Assembly (NCBI GenBank): GCA_963702845.1
Contig: OY969763.1
Span: 288,001 to 352,000 of the forward strand
DNA length: 64,000 nt
Direction: 5' to 3'
Source of the DNA: an uncultured Verrucomicrobiae bacterium
Lineage (GTDB): Bacteria; Verrucomicrobiota; Verrucomicrobiia; Limisphaerales; Palsa-1400
Shown one piece after another: positions 1 through 9,201 of this stretch. The position numbers were made by a program, and so were the translations under genes. The stretch's first letter is position 1. Each line of letters begins with the position of its first letter. The notes beneath the pieces were generated by a model. It was not told where the DNA came from, ran no database searches, and saw only the letters and a list, made by a program, of their open reading frames with translations.

Positions 1-25
1 GAATTCCCGGAAGGTAAAATTATTT

Positions 26-2251
26 ATGCGACAACCCGAACATGAACCGCACGCTAGTATCGGCTTGCCCGACATCTACTACGTGCTCTTCAGGCATAAG
101 TGGAAAATTTTGACGTTCTGCGCAATTGGGATCATCGGCGCTGTCTTGGTTTTTGTGTTGCGCCCTCCGCTTTATATTTCGGAAGCGAAATTGTTTGTGC
201 GGTATGTGCAGGACGCAAGATTGCCGGCTGGCATGGGCGAAAGTGCTCAGATCAAATCGCCGGATTCGCGCGGGGACAACATCATCAGTTCGGAAGCGGA
301 AGTGCTGACGAGCCTCGATCTGGCTTTGCAGGTGGTTGATGCAGTGGGACCCGAAAAAATTCTTTCCAAACCCGACAGTGCAAAAGGCAGGTATTTGGCA
401 GCGTTGATGGTGAGTAGAAACATCCTCGTGGACGTCCCGAAGAGGAGCGACATCTTGAAAATCACTTTTCAGCATACAAACCCCGAAGTTCCACAGCAGG
501 TATTGGAAAAGCTGGTGGCGCTCTATCTAAAAAAGCATTTCGAGATTCATCGCACCCCGGGAATGATTGATGACGCGCTCAACGCCCAAACAGATTCTGT
601 GCGCTCAAGGTTGCTGGCCACAGAAGGGGAGTTGAAAGCCCTCAAGAAAAAGGCGGGTATAGTTAACATGGAAGAAACCAAAAGTGCGAATTCCGAAGTC
701 AATGCCCATCTGCGTCAGGAGATCTTCAGCGTGGAGGCTGAGCTGGCGGAGCGCGAGGCAGCATTTACTAACATGCAGACAAGAGCGCCGGTTAAACGGA
801 CGAACAGTGTGGCTGTCGATAGCACGGTTCCGCCGGAAATCGCGAACGAATACCAGGGGGTGACTGCGAGACTGGATACGTTTCGCAGGAAAGAACAGGA
901 ATTGATCCTGCAGTTTGGCGACGAAAACATGCTGTTGAAAACCATCCGCAGTAAGATTGCTGAGAACGAAAAATATCAAAACAAGCTGCAGGTCGACTAT
1001 CCTGCGCTAACCACCAGGTTCAAATCTTCGACGGAAAGCGCGGCCGGCGTCCTCGTCGTTGATTCGTTTGTTGAACAGACGCGTATCATGGCGCTTCGGG
1101 CCAAAATTGAAACGTTGAAGTCCCAGTTGACGAATGTCACTGCCGAAGCCGCTACAATCAATGAAATTGAACCGACGATGGTGGAATTGGAACGTCGCAA
1201 ACAGTTGGAAGAGACCCAGTTCAAGTATTACTACTCCAGCTTGCAGCAGGAGCGTTTTGATAGCGGGATCGGCGAAGGTAAACAAACGAACATTAACGTG
1301 ACCGAAACAGCGACGCCGGCAGTGCGTGACACAGATAAATCGATGAAATTTGCGATCATGATTCTGTTGGGTTGTTCCGTGTTTGGTTTGGTCATCGCTT
1401 TTGTAATCGAATTTTACCTCGATCAAACGATCAAGCGGCCACACGAGGTTGAAACTCGGCTCAAGCTGCCTTTATTCCTTTCTATTCCGCACACGGCTGA
1501 GTTGCCCGGGAACGGCAATGGCCATCTCCAGCTCAAGCCCGGAGACGGTGATGAGGGTACGAAAGTGGAACTCAATGGTTCGGCTGCAATTGCTCCTTGG
1601 GACGAGGAGCACAAGCTTCGTGTTTTTTGTGAGGCCTTGCGTGACCGGTTGGTCACGTATTTCGAAGTTCGCAATTTGACGCACAAACCAAAGCTCGTTG
1701 CCGTGACCGGATGCTCGCGGGGCGCGGGCGTGACAACGCTGGCGTCGGGGCTGGCGGCGGCATTGTCGGAAACGGGTGACGGGAACGTGTTGCTCGTGGA
1801 CATGAATGTTCAGAACGGCGCGGCGCATCCGTTCTTTAAAGGTAAGCCCGGTTGCGCGCTGGCGGATGTGCTCGAAGAACAAAATCGCAACGGTGCGATG
1901 GTGAACGAAAATCTCTACGTTGCTTCTGGCGGTCGAAATACAAATGGTGACAAGTTGCCGCGCATTTTGCCCAAGCGCTTCAGCCAGCTGATGCCAAAGC
2001 TCAAAGCAAGTGATTACGACTACATCATTTTTGACATGCCGCCCGTGAGCCAGACCAGTGTGACCGCGCGTCTGTCCACGTATATGGATATGACTTTGCT
2101 CGTGCTGGAATCCGAAAAGACGGATCGCGAAGTTGTGAAACGTGCGACGGCACTGCTCGGTGAATCGAAGGCCAACGTGACCGCGATTCTGAACAAGACC
2201 CACAATTACGTTCCCCGCAAGTTGCATCAGGAGTTTTTGAGCAACGCATAA
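26..2251 (+). CDS. wzc: Wzc/GumC-like polysaccharide co-polymerase with C-terminal BY-kinase-like domain (degenerate active site)
   Basis: 741 aa: N-terminal TM, long coiled-coil periplasmic region, second TM, then a P-loop-like domain (VTGCSRGAGVTT, VLLVDMN, YIIFDMPP). Confidence 0.85.
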   Translation: MRQPEHEPHASIGLPDIYYVLFRHKWKILTFCAIGIIGAVLVFVLRPPLYISEAKLFVRYVQDARLPAGMGESAQIKSPDSRGDNIISSEAEVLTSLDLALQVVDAVGPEKILSKPDSAKGRYLAALMVSRNILVDVPKRSDILKITFQHTNPEVPQQVLEKLVALYLKKHFEIHRTPGMIDDALNAQTDSVRSRLLATEGELKALKKKAGIVNMEETKSANSEVNAHLRQEIFSVEAELAEREAAFTNMQTRAPVKRTNSVAVDSTVPPEIANEYQGVTARLDTFRRKEQELILQFGDENMLLKTIRSKIAENEKYQNKLQVDYPALTTRFKSSTESAAGVLVVDSFVEQTRIMALRAKIETLKSQLTNVTAEAATINEIEPTMVELERRKQLEETQFKYYYSSLQQERFDSGIGEGKQTNINVTETATPAVRDTDKSMKFAIMILLGCSVFGLVIAFVIEFYLDQTIKRPHEVETRLKLPLFLSIPHTAELPGNGNGHLQLKPGDGDEGTKVELNGSAAIAPWDEEHKLRVFCEALRDRLVTYFEVRNLTHKPKLVAVTGCSRGAGVTTLASGLAAALSETGDGNVLLVDMNVQNGAAHPFFKGKPGCALADVLEEQNRNGAMVNENLYVASGGRNTNGDKLPRILPKRFSQLMPKLKASDYDYIIFDMPPVSQTSVTARLSTYMDMTLLVLESEKTDREVVKRATALLGESKANVTAILNKTHNYVPRKLHQEFLSNA

Positions 2252-2260
2252 TTTCGTTTT

Positions 2261-2291
2261 ACCCGCCGGGGTGGACCGTGGCGGGTTTTTC
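2261..2291 (+). terminator. Putative intrinsic terminator after wzc
   Basis: ACCCGCC...GGCGGGT stem followed by a T run, 10 nt after the stop codon. Confidence 0.55.
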
Positions 2292-2300
2292 GTTTCGTGG

Positions 2301-2325
2301 ATCCGCCGCCTCACGTGGGCGGCAA
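2301..2325. repeat. Short palindromic REP-like element
   Basis: GCCGCC-TCACGTG-GGCGGC hairpin in the intergenic gap. Confidence 0.4.
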
Positions 2326-2339
2326 TGAATTAATCAGGA

Positions 2340-4454
2340 ATGAAGTTAAGACGACTCTATTACCACGTTAAACCGTTTCTGCCCTGGCGTCTTCGCATGG
2401 CGGCCCGAGGCGTCCTGGCGCGCAGGACGTTGAAGGCCTCCAAAGGCGTTTGGCCCATCGATCACGTTGCCGCGCGTAAGCCCGATGGCTGGCAAGGCTG
2501 GCCCAATGGTAAGCAGTTTGCGGTAGCGCTCTCGCATGACGTGGAAGGACCTAAGGGGCTGGAGCGTTGCCCTCAATTGATGGCCTTGGAAGAGGCCCGT
2601 GGTTTCCGGTCTTCTTACAACCTGATTCCTGAAGGGTCCTATTCGGTTCCCAAACAGCTCCGCGAAGACATGGTGTCGCGCGGTTTCGAAGTCGGCGTGC
2701 ACGACTTGAAGCACGATGGGAAGCTTTATACTTCGCGCTCTGTATTCCATGACAATGCCCAGCGGATCAATAAGTATTTGAAAGACTGGAACGCGGTCGG
2801 TTTTCGTTCCGGTTTCATGTACCACAATCTCGAGTGGCTGCACGATTTGGATTGTCTTTATGATGCGTCGACGTTCGATACCGATCCGTTCGAGCCGCAG
2901 CCGGACGGTGTTGAAACGATCTTTCCGTTTTGGGTCAGCGCGCCGGGGCGTAAGGGTTATGTCGAATTGCCCTACACTCTATGCCAGGACTCGACGATGT
3001 TTATTTTGTTGCGTGAACAGACGATCGATCTCTGGAAGCGCAAGGTCGATTGGGTGGCGCAGCACGGCGGGATGGTGTTGCTCGATACGCATCCCGACTA
3101 CATCAGATTTGGTGCGCAAAGTCCAAATGCACAGGGTTACCCATGCTCGTTTTACTCGGAGTTGCTCGAGTACATCTCGACGACATATCAAGGTCAGTAT
3201 TGGCATGCGTTGCCGCGGCAAGTGGCCGAGTATTGTGCGGAATTCAAACCGCAGCTGCCGGTCGGGCAGCGGCGCCGGCGAATCTGTGTCGTTTCGTTTT
3301 CGGCTTACGAGAGCGACAATCGGGTGATTCGTTATGCCGAGGCGTTGGGAAGCCGTGGAGATAAAGTGGACGTCCTTGCCGTTAAGGCCTCTTCTTCAGA
3401 TCCGGATTCCGAACGCATTGGTCATGTCAATGTCACGCGGCTGCAGGCGCGTGAGCGAAAGGATAGTCGCACTAAAATAGGCTACGCATTGCCGCTGATC
3501 CGTTTTTGGTTCTCGTCGTCATTCTGGCTCGCGAGAAAACATCTTAAGCAACGATACGACCTGATCCATATCCATAATCTTCCTGATTTTTTGGTGTTCG
3601 CGGCATGGTTTCCCAAGCTGACCGGGCGCAAAGGTCATTTTGGACATTCACGATATCGTCCCGGAATTTTTTGTGAGCAAGTTTAAGGCGGATCCGGAGG
3701 GTTCCGGGGTGAAGTTGCTCAAGCGCATTGAACGCGCTGCCGCCCGGTTCGCCGACCACGTCATTATTTCCAACCATCTCTGGCTCGACAAGTTTGTCGC
3801 ACGATCGGCGTCGCCAGAGAAATGCACGGTGCTGATCAATCACGTTGATTCGCAGTGTTTTTCCCGCGCAAGCGAACGCGAACTGACGGCAAATTTATCA
3901 TTTTGTTCCCTGGCGGTTTGCAGTGGCACCAGGGTTTGGACATTGCGATTCGCGCGTTTGCCAGGATTGCGGAGAGCGTTCCGAACGCGGAATTTCATAT
4001 CTACGGCGACGGCAGCATGCGTGAGGATTTGATTGCGCTTGCGGAAACTTTGAATTTAAACGGCCGGGTCCTCATCCGCAAACCGGTGCCGGATCCGGAC
4101 ATCGCGAAGCTGATGGCCGATGCCGACCTTGGCGTTGTGCCCAAACGGGCTGATACGTTCGGCAACGAAGCTTACAGCACCAAGATCATGGAATTCATGT
4201 CAGTCGGGGTGCCGGTCATTGTTTCGCGAACGAAGATTGACAGCTTTTATTTTGATGACAGTGTCGTGCGCTTCTTCGAATCAGGCAACGAGGAGGATCT
4301 GGCGCAGGCGATGACGGAAGCGATTTGTAAAAAGGAAATGAGGCAGAAATTCGTCACGAATGCCTTTGCATATGTGGCGCGACACAATTGGAAAACAAAG
4401 AAGGGTGAGTTTCGGCAGTTGGTGGATGGTTTAACCAGCCGCAACGGGCACTGA
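2340..4454 (+). CDS. Polysaccharide deacetylase-like domain fused to GT4 glycosyltransferase; interrupted by two compensating single-base frameshifts (about 3625 and 3855)
   Basis: SHDVE, VGVHD and GFRSG deacetylase motifs, then a GT4 N-domain continuing as ILDIHDIVPEF (ORF 3640) and a C-domain with YSTKIMEFM (ORF 3855, same frame as 2340); about 704 aa if repaired. Confidence 0.75.
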
Positions 4455-4490
4455 CCCGGTCGCTTCCTGCTGCACTGCATAATATCGGCC

Positions 4491-5339
4491 ATGCGTCTGG
4501 ATCGTGTTCTTAGCGTTTATTTTTTCCATCCGGCCGGACGGGCCGTCGTTGGAGGCCGGACGCGTGCGTTGCCCATACTGATGTATCACGGGATCAGCGA
4601 CGAACCGGAACGTGGCGCTGCTTATTACAAGGTGAACACCGCCCCGGCTGTGTTCGAGCGGCAGATGCGGTTTTTGCACGAATGCGGCTACGAAACGATT
4701 ACTTTAAGTGAAGCGGTGCGGTTGTTGAATCGACGCGAATCGCCCGGGCCGAAGCGGGTGGTCATCACCTTCGATGACGGTTATCGCAATTTCTACACGC
4801 AAGCATTTCCGGTCCTGCAGAAGTTCGGTTTCACCGCGACGATGTTCCTGCCCACTGCGTATATCGGCGCGACGCGCACCTCGTTCAAGAACATCGAATG
4901 CATGACCTGGGACGAAGTGCGGGAATTGCGCAAAGCAGGGATTGAATTTGGTTCACACACCGTGTCGCATCCGAAACTTGTCGAATTGAACTGGAACGAT
5001 GTCGAACGCGAGTTGCGCGATTCGAAGACCGAAATGGAAACACAACTGGGCGCTCGCATCACGACGTTTGCGTATCCCTTCGCGTTCCCGCAGGCGAAGC
5101 CGTTGTTCGTCCAGAAATTTGGCGATGCGCTCGTCGAGAACGGTTATCGCTGCTGTTTAACTACAGAAGTGGGCCGTGCTCGTCCGGGAGATAACGTGTA
5201 TCGCCTCAAACGTTTGCCGGTGAATACGGAAGACGATGTGAATTTATTCCGCGCAAAGCTCGAAGGTGGATATGACTGGTTGGCGTTGCCGCAAGCAATG
5301 GTCAAACGGGTCAAAAGCTTTTCAACTCAACCTGCCTGA
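4491..5339 (+). CDS. Polysaccharide deacetylase (NodB/CE4)
   Basis: ILMYH, ITFDDGY, GSHTVSHP and FAYPF motifs. Confidence 0.9.
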   Translation: MRLDRVLSVYFFHPAGRAVVGGRTRALPILMYHGISDEPERGAAYYKVNTAPAVFERQMRFLHECGYETITLSEAVRLLNRRESPGPKRVVITFDDGYRNFYTQAFPVLQKFGFTATMFLPTAYIGATRTSFKNIECMTWDEVRELRKAGIEFGSHTVSHPKLVELNWNDVERELRDSKTEMETQLGARITTFAYPFAFPQAKPLFVQKFGDALVENGYRCCLTTEVGRARPGDNVYRLKRLPVNTEDDVNLFRAKLEGGYDWLALPQAMVKRVKSFSTQPA

Positions 5340-6214
5340 TGACCAGAAATAGAATTGTCATAATTAGTCCGGTTCGCAACGAGGGCAGGCACTTGCAGGC
5401 CACCATTAGTTCAATGGTCGCGCAATCGTTGCGGCCGAAGTTGTGGGTGCTGGTGAACGATGGTTCGACGGACGAGACCGCTGCGCAAATCGACGCCGCG
5501 GCGCGTGAACATTCCTGGATCAAGACCGTTCACCGCAAGGATCGCGGGGCCCGTAAGGCAGGCGGGGGCGTGATTGAAACGTTTTACGACGGTTACCCGC
5601 TCGTTGAAAATGAGGAGTGGGACTACATCGTGAAGTTCGACGGGGACCTTTCCTTTGAGCCGGACTATTTCGAACGATGCCTCAAGCGATTTGAGGAAGA
5701 CCCGGAGCTCGGCGTAGGCGGTGGACTCATTTGTAGTCTGATCAATGGCGTGTTGGAAGAAGAGTCCAAAGGCGATCCGCTTTTTCACGTCCGCGGCGCG
5801 ACGAAGATCTATCGTCGGAAATGTTGGCGCGACATTGGTGGACTGTTGAAGTCCTCTGGCTGGGACACGTTGGATGAAGTGAAGGCCAACATGTGCGGTT
5901 GGACTTCCTGCAGCTTTCCTGAACTGAAACTGCTGCATCATCGCCAAACGGGCGCAGCTGATGGTGCTTGGAAAAACTGGGTGAAGAACGGGCGGGCAAA
6001 TTATTTTTCCGGATATCATCCATTATTCATGTTGCTGAAATGCGCCAAGCGCGTTTTCCAAAAGCCTTATGGCGTTGCCGCATTTGGACTGTTGAGTGGT
6101 TACGTTTCAGGATACATCCAGCGCTCGCCGCAGGTGCCCGACAGGGAACTGATTCGCTATTTACGCCGCCAACAGATCAACCGTCTCATGTTGCGCCAGA
6201 GTCTCTGGAGTTAG
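5339..6214 (+). CDS. Glycosyltransferase family 2
   Basis: ISPVRNE, VNDGSTD and KFDGD motifs. Confidence 0.9.
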   Translation: MTRNRIVIISPVRNEGRHLQATISSMVAQSLRPKLWVLVNDGSTDETAAQIDAAAREHSWIKTVHRKDRGARKAGGGVIETFYDGYPLVENEEWDYIVKFDGDLSFEPDYFERCLKRFEEDPELGVGGGLICSLINGVLEEESKGDPLFHVRGATKIYRRKCWRDIGGLLKSSGWDTLDEVKANMCGWTSCSFPELKLLHHRQTGAADGAWKNWVKNGRANYFSGYHPLFMLLKCAKRVFQKPYGVAAFGLLSGYVSGYIQRSPQVPDRELIRYLRRQQINRLMLRQSLWS

Positions 6215-6266
6215 ACGTCGTCGCTCGCATCCGAACCTGACGGTTCATCAGCAAACCTTTGCCGCT

Positions 6267-8093
6267 ATGGGAGATTTTGTTCTCGATTTTCGTCCGCGCC
6301 AGCAGCGGCAGCTTTCAAAGGCTGCGGCTGCGCTGACGTTCGTCGACGGAACGAAGGTTCATGTGTTCGACGAACCGGAGTTCGGACTCATTTTGACGAC
6401 TGTTGATGACCCGGCATTGTGGGCGCCATTTCGCTCGCCGGACGGAAAACTGCTCGTCGCACTGAATGGCAGGGTTGCTCTGTCCCAGAAGGAATGGGAC
6501 GCAGCAGCACGAAGGGTTGGGCCGGGTGGACTCGCCTGCAAAAATATTTACGAGCTCTATCGTTCAGGCGGCAAGTCGGCATTGCAGGAACTGAACGGAG
6601 GTTTCACTGCGTTCGTTTATGACAGGGAAGCCGGCGCATTCCATCTTGTCACCGACCGTTGCGGCATGGCTGTCGTTTATGGTCCGCAGGCGCTTGCGGG
6701 ATCGTTGGTGTTCAGTTCGCATCCGGACGCACTTGCCACGTTGCTTGGCGAGGAGCAAAACCTCGATCTGATTTCTCTTACTCAGTTTTTAATGGCTGGG
6801 CATCTAACGTTTCCATTCACCTACTACGATCGTGTGCGCGCGTTGGATTTGGGTACGATCTACACCTTTGCAGTGGATGAAAGCGGGACATCAGTGCAGT
6901 CGAAATCGAAGTACTTTGATTTCAATTTCACGATCGACGGTGCTTCCGTCGATGATCTCGCCGGCACCCTCGCGCAAGCCTTTGGGAATGCCATAAAGAA
7001 ACGAACCTTGCCGTTGTTAGGCCAATCTTTTGTCGGCCTGAGCGGCGGACTCGACTCTCGCGCGATTTTGGCGGCGGCACCCGAACGTGGTCATGTCCGC
7101 TCGTTCAACTTGTTCGATCAAAAGAATCTGGAATACCGGACCGCGAAGCGGTTGGCCAATTCCATGAGTGTTGAACTCGTTCCATTTCAACGTGATTTCG
7201 ATTACTACGCCAATACGGCAGAAGCCGGCGTGCGCATTTCCGGCGGGGTCGGTTCTATCGCCAGCAATCATTTCCTCGGGGTTCGGGACAAGCTGGCGGC
7301 CTTGGGCGCCCAAAATTTACTGACTGGCTGTTACTGCGACTATCTGCTCAAGGCGCTTGCCCTCAACACTCAAGAGCAACAGCTTTCCAGACAGGAACAG
7401 CTTTCGACCTTTAATTTTGGTTTTTACCGGCCGTTTTATTGGCTGAACGGTTCGCAACAAGAGAACGTTCGCCAGCGTTTTGAACAGATGTTTCCCGAAG
7501 GCAACAAATCAAAGTTAACCGAGGACGACTGGTTGCAAATCGAGCGGAAGCGAAGTTTTCCACTGGCGTATGAAGGCGACCTCGCCCAACGCGTGATCCC
7601 CCTGCGAACGATGCCCTGGTATCTCCCGATCGTGGACAACGAAATCATCAACACCTACCTGAAGATCCCGTCTCGTCTGAAACTCAACGGGGCGATCTTT
7701 AAAACAATGGCTCGGATTGTCTGTGGTGATGTCGCCAGCAAAATTCCCGACAGCAACTCCGGCGCGGCTCTTGATGCTGCTGGTTGGAATTATTCGATTC
7801 ACCGCTATCTCTCCGCATTGCAAAACCGGATCGCACACAAGGTCCGGCCTCGCATGGCGACTCGGGGATCCTGGCCGAACTGGGAGTACTACATCCAAAA
7901 CAGCGCGAAAATTACCCAGCTTTGGTTGCGCAAGAATGATACCGCCAGTCAGGTGTTTGTCTCATTGCTGGGTTACGACCCGACATCACGGCCTCCGGCA
8001 TCGTTCCGCGGGCGCGATGTCGAACTGTTCATGCGCTTTTTCACTTTGAAACTTTGGCTCGAACAACGCGCCGTCGGTATTGCACGAAATTGA
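6267..8093 (+). CDS. Asparagine synthetase-like ATP-dependent amide ligase, lacking the N-terminal catalytic Cys
   Basis: Ntn-like N-domain (LNGGF, VTDRCG) and LSGGLDSR PP-loop; begins MGDF rather than MCGI. Confidence 0.8.
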   Translation: MGDFVLDFRPRQQRQLSKAAAALTFVDGTKVHVFDEPEFGLILTTVDDPALWAPFRSPDGKLLVALNGRVALSQKEWDAAARRVGPGGLACKNIYELYRSGGKSALQELNGGFTAFVYDREAGAFHLVTDRCGMAVVYGPQALAGSLVFSSHPDALATLLGEEQNLDLISLTQFLMAGHLTFPFTYYDRVRALDLGTIYTFAVDESGTSVQSKSKYFDFNFTIDGASVDDLAGTLAQAFGNAIKKRTLPLLGQSFVGLSGGLDSRAILAAAPERGHVRSFNLFDQKNLEYRTAKRLANSMSVELVPFQRDFDYYANTAEAGVRISGGVGSIASNHFLGVRDKLAALGAQNLLTGCYCDYLLKALALNTQEQQLSRQEQLSTFNFGFYRPFYWLNGSQQENVRQRFEQMFPEGNKSKLTEDDWLQIERKRSFPLAYEGDLAQRVIPLRTMPWYLPIVDNEIINTYLKIPSRLKLNGAIFKTMARIVCGDVASKIPDSNSGAALDAAGWNYSIHRYLSALQNRIAHKVRPRMATRGSWPNWEYYIQNSAKITQLWLRKNDTASQVFVSLLGYDPTSRPPASFRGRDVELFMRFFTLKLWLEQRAVGIARN

Positions 8094-8098
8094 CCCCG

Positions 8099-9055
8099 AT
8101 GACACCTGACCTGTCCATTATCATCGTCAATTGGAACACGCGCGATTTGTTGGAGAATTGTTTGCGGTCGATAGAAAATTCGCGTGGTGATCATTCAATC
8201 CAGACCATCGTCGTCGACAACAACTCAGCCGATGGTTCTCGGGAAATGGTCGAAAATTTGTTTCCACAGATGCTGCTGATTAACTCCGGTGGAAACGTTG
8301 GATTTGCTCGTGCAAACAATGCCGCTCTGCCGCGAGCGACATCGCCGCTGGTTCTGTTTTTGAACCCCGATACCGAAGTTTCCAGGGCCGGCCTGGATAA
8401 GATGATTTCTTTCATGAAAGCGGACCCATCGGTGGGCGCGTTGGGCTGCAAAATCCGCAACAGTTGCGGCAGTGTCCAGCAATTGGGCATACAACGATTC
8501 CCGTCGCCCGTCGGCGAATTGATGAAGATGCTGTGCCTTTCAGAACGGACACAGCCTCGTCTGGGCCGATTGTTTCCATACCACGACCCCGAAAAATCGG
8601 GTGAAGTGAAAAAGCTTTTTGGCGCATGCCTGCTGGTGCGTCGTGCTGTGTTGGACAAGGTCGGATCGTTCGACGAGCGCTTCTTCATGTATTGCGAAGA
8701 TGTCGATCTTTGCCAGCGTATTCTCAAAGCTGGTTGGCGGCTTTATTATTTAAGCGAAGTAGAAATCTTGCACTTGGGCGGCAGCGCGAGCTCGAATGCA
8801 ACGAGCTATTTTTCCGTGCTGATGATGTGCGAATCATTGTCACAATTGATGGACAAGTATTACGGTAAGCTCGGGAGCGTGTCCTATCGCATTGCCACAT
8901 TATTGGGCGCTCAAGCCCGGCTGATGGTATGGTTTGCGTTGAGGATTTCGCGAACCGTTGGCCTGTTGCGCCGCAGTTGGTTGCCCCCAGCGACTTCAGG
9001 GAAGGTACGTGACCATCACGAAATGGTGCCTGGGGCTGCAGAAGCCGGTCGTTAA
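8099..9055 (+). CDS. Glycosyltransferase family 2 (possible +1 frameshift near 9005; true stop may be 9062)
   Basis: IIVNWN, VDNNSAD, LNPDT and FMYCEDVDL motifs; ATG 8099 chosen because it follows the upstream stop. Confidence 0.88.
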   Translation: MTPDLSIIIVNWNTRDLLENCLRSIENSRGDHSIQTIVVDNNSADGSREMVENLFPQMLLINSGGNVGFARANNAALPRATSPLVLFLNPDTEVSRAGLDKMISFMKADPSVGALGCKIRNSCGSVQQLGIQRFPSPVGELMKMLCLSERTQPRLGRLFPYHDPEKSGEVKKLFGACLLVRRAVLDKVGSFDERFFMYCEDVDLCQRILKAGWRLYYLSEVEILHLGGSASSNATSYFSVLMMCESLSQLMDKYYGKLGSVSYRIATLLGAQARLMVWFALRISRTVGLLRRSWLPPATSGKVRDHHEMVPGAAEAGR

Positions 9056-9164
9056 GCAATAGACGCAGAGGCAGGGGCAGGACGTCTGAACTCTCTGAGA
9101 ACTAGTTACAATTAGCTCGCATTCGGTAGCTCTACGGAACCATTTGCTAATCTCTGTTGTTGCA

Positions 9165-9180
9165 TGGCACTACTTCTGCT
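9165..9180 (+). promoter_or_regulatory. Putative sigma-54 (-24/-12) promoter
   Basis: TGGCAC-TACTT-CTGCT, one mismatch from TGGCAC-N5-TTGCW, 21 nt before ATG 9202. Confidence 0.55.
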
Positions 9181-9201
9181 AGTTTCAAGTTGCGGGAGCT
9201 A

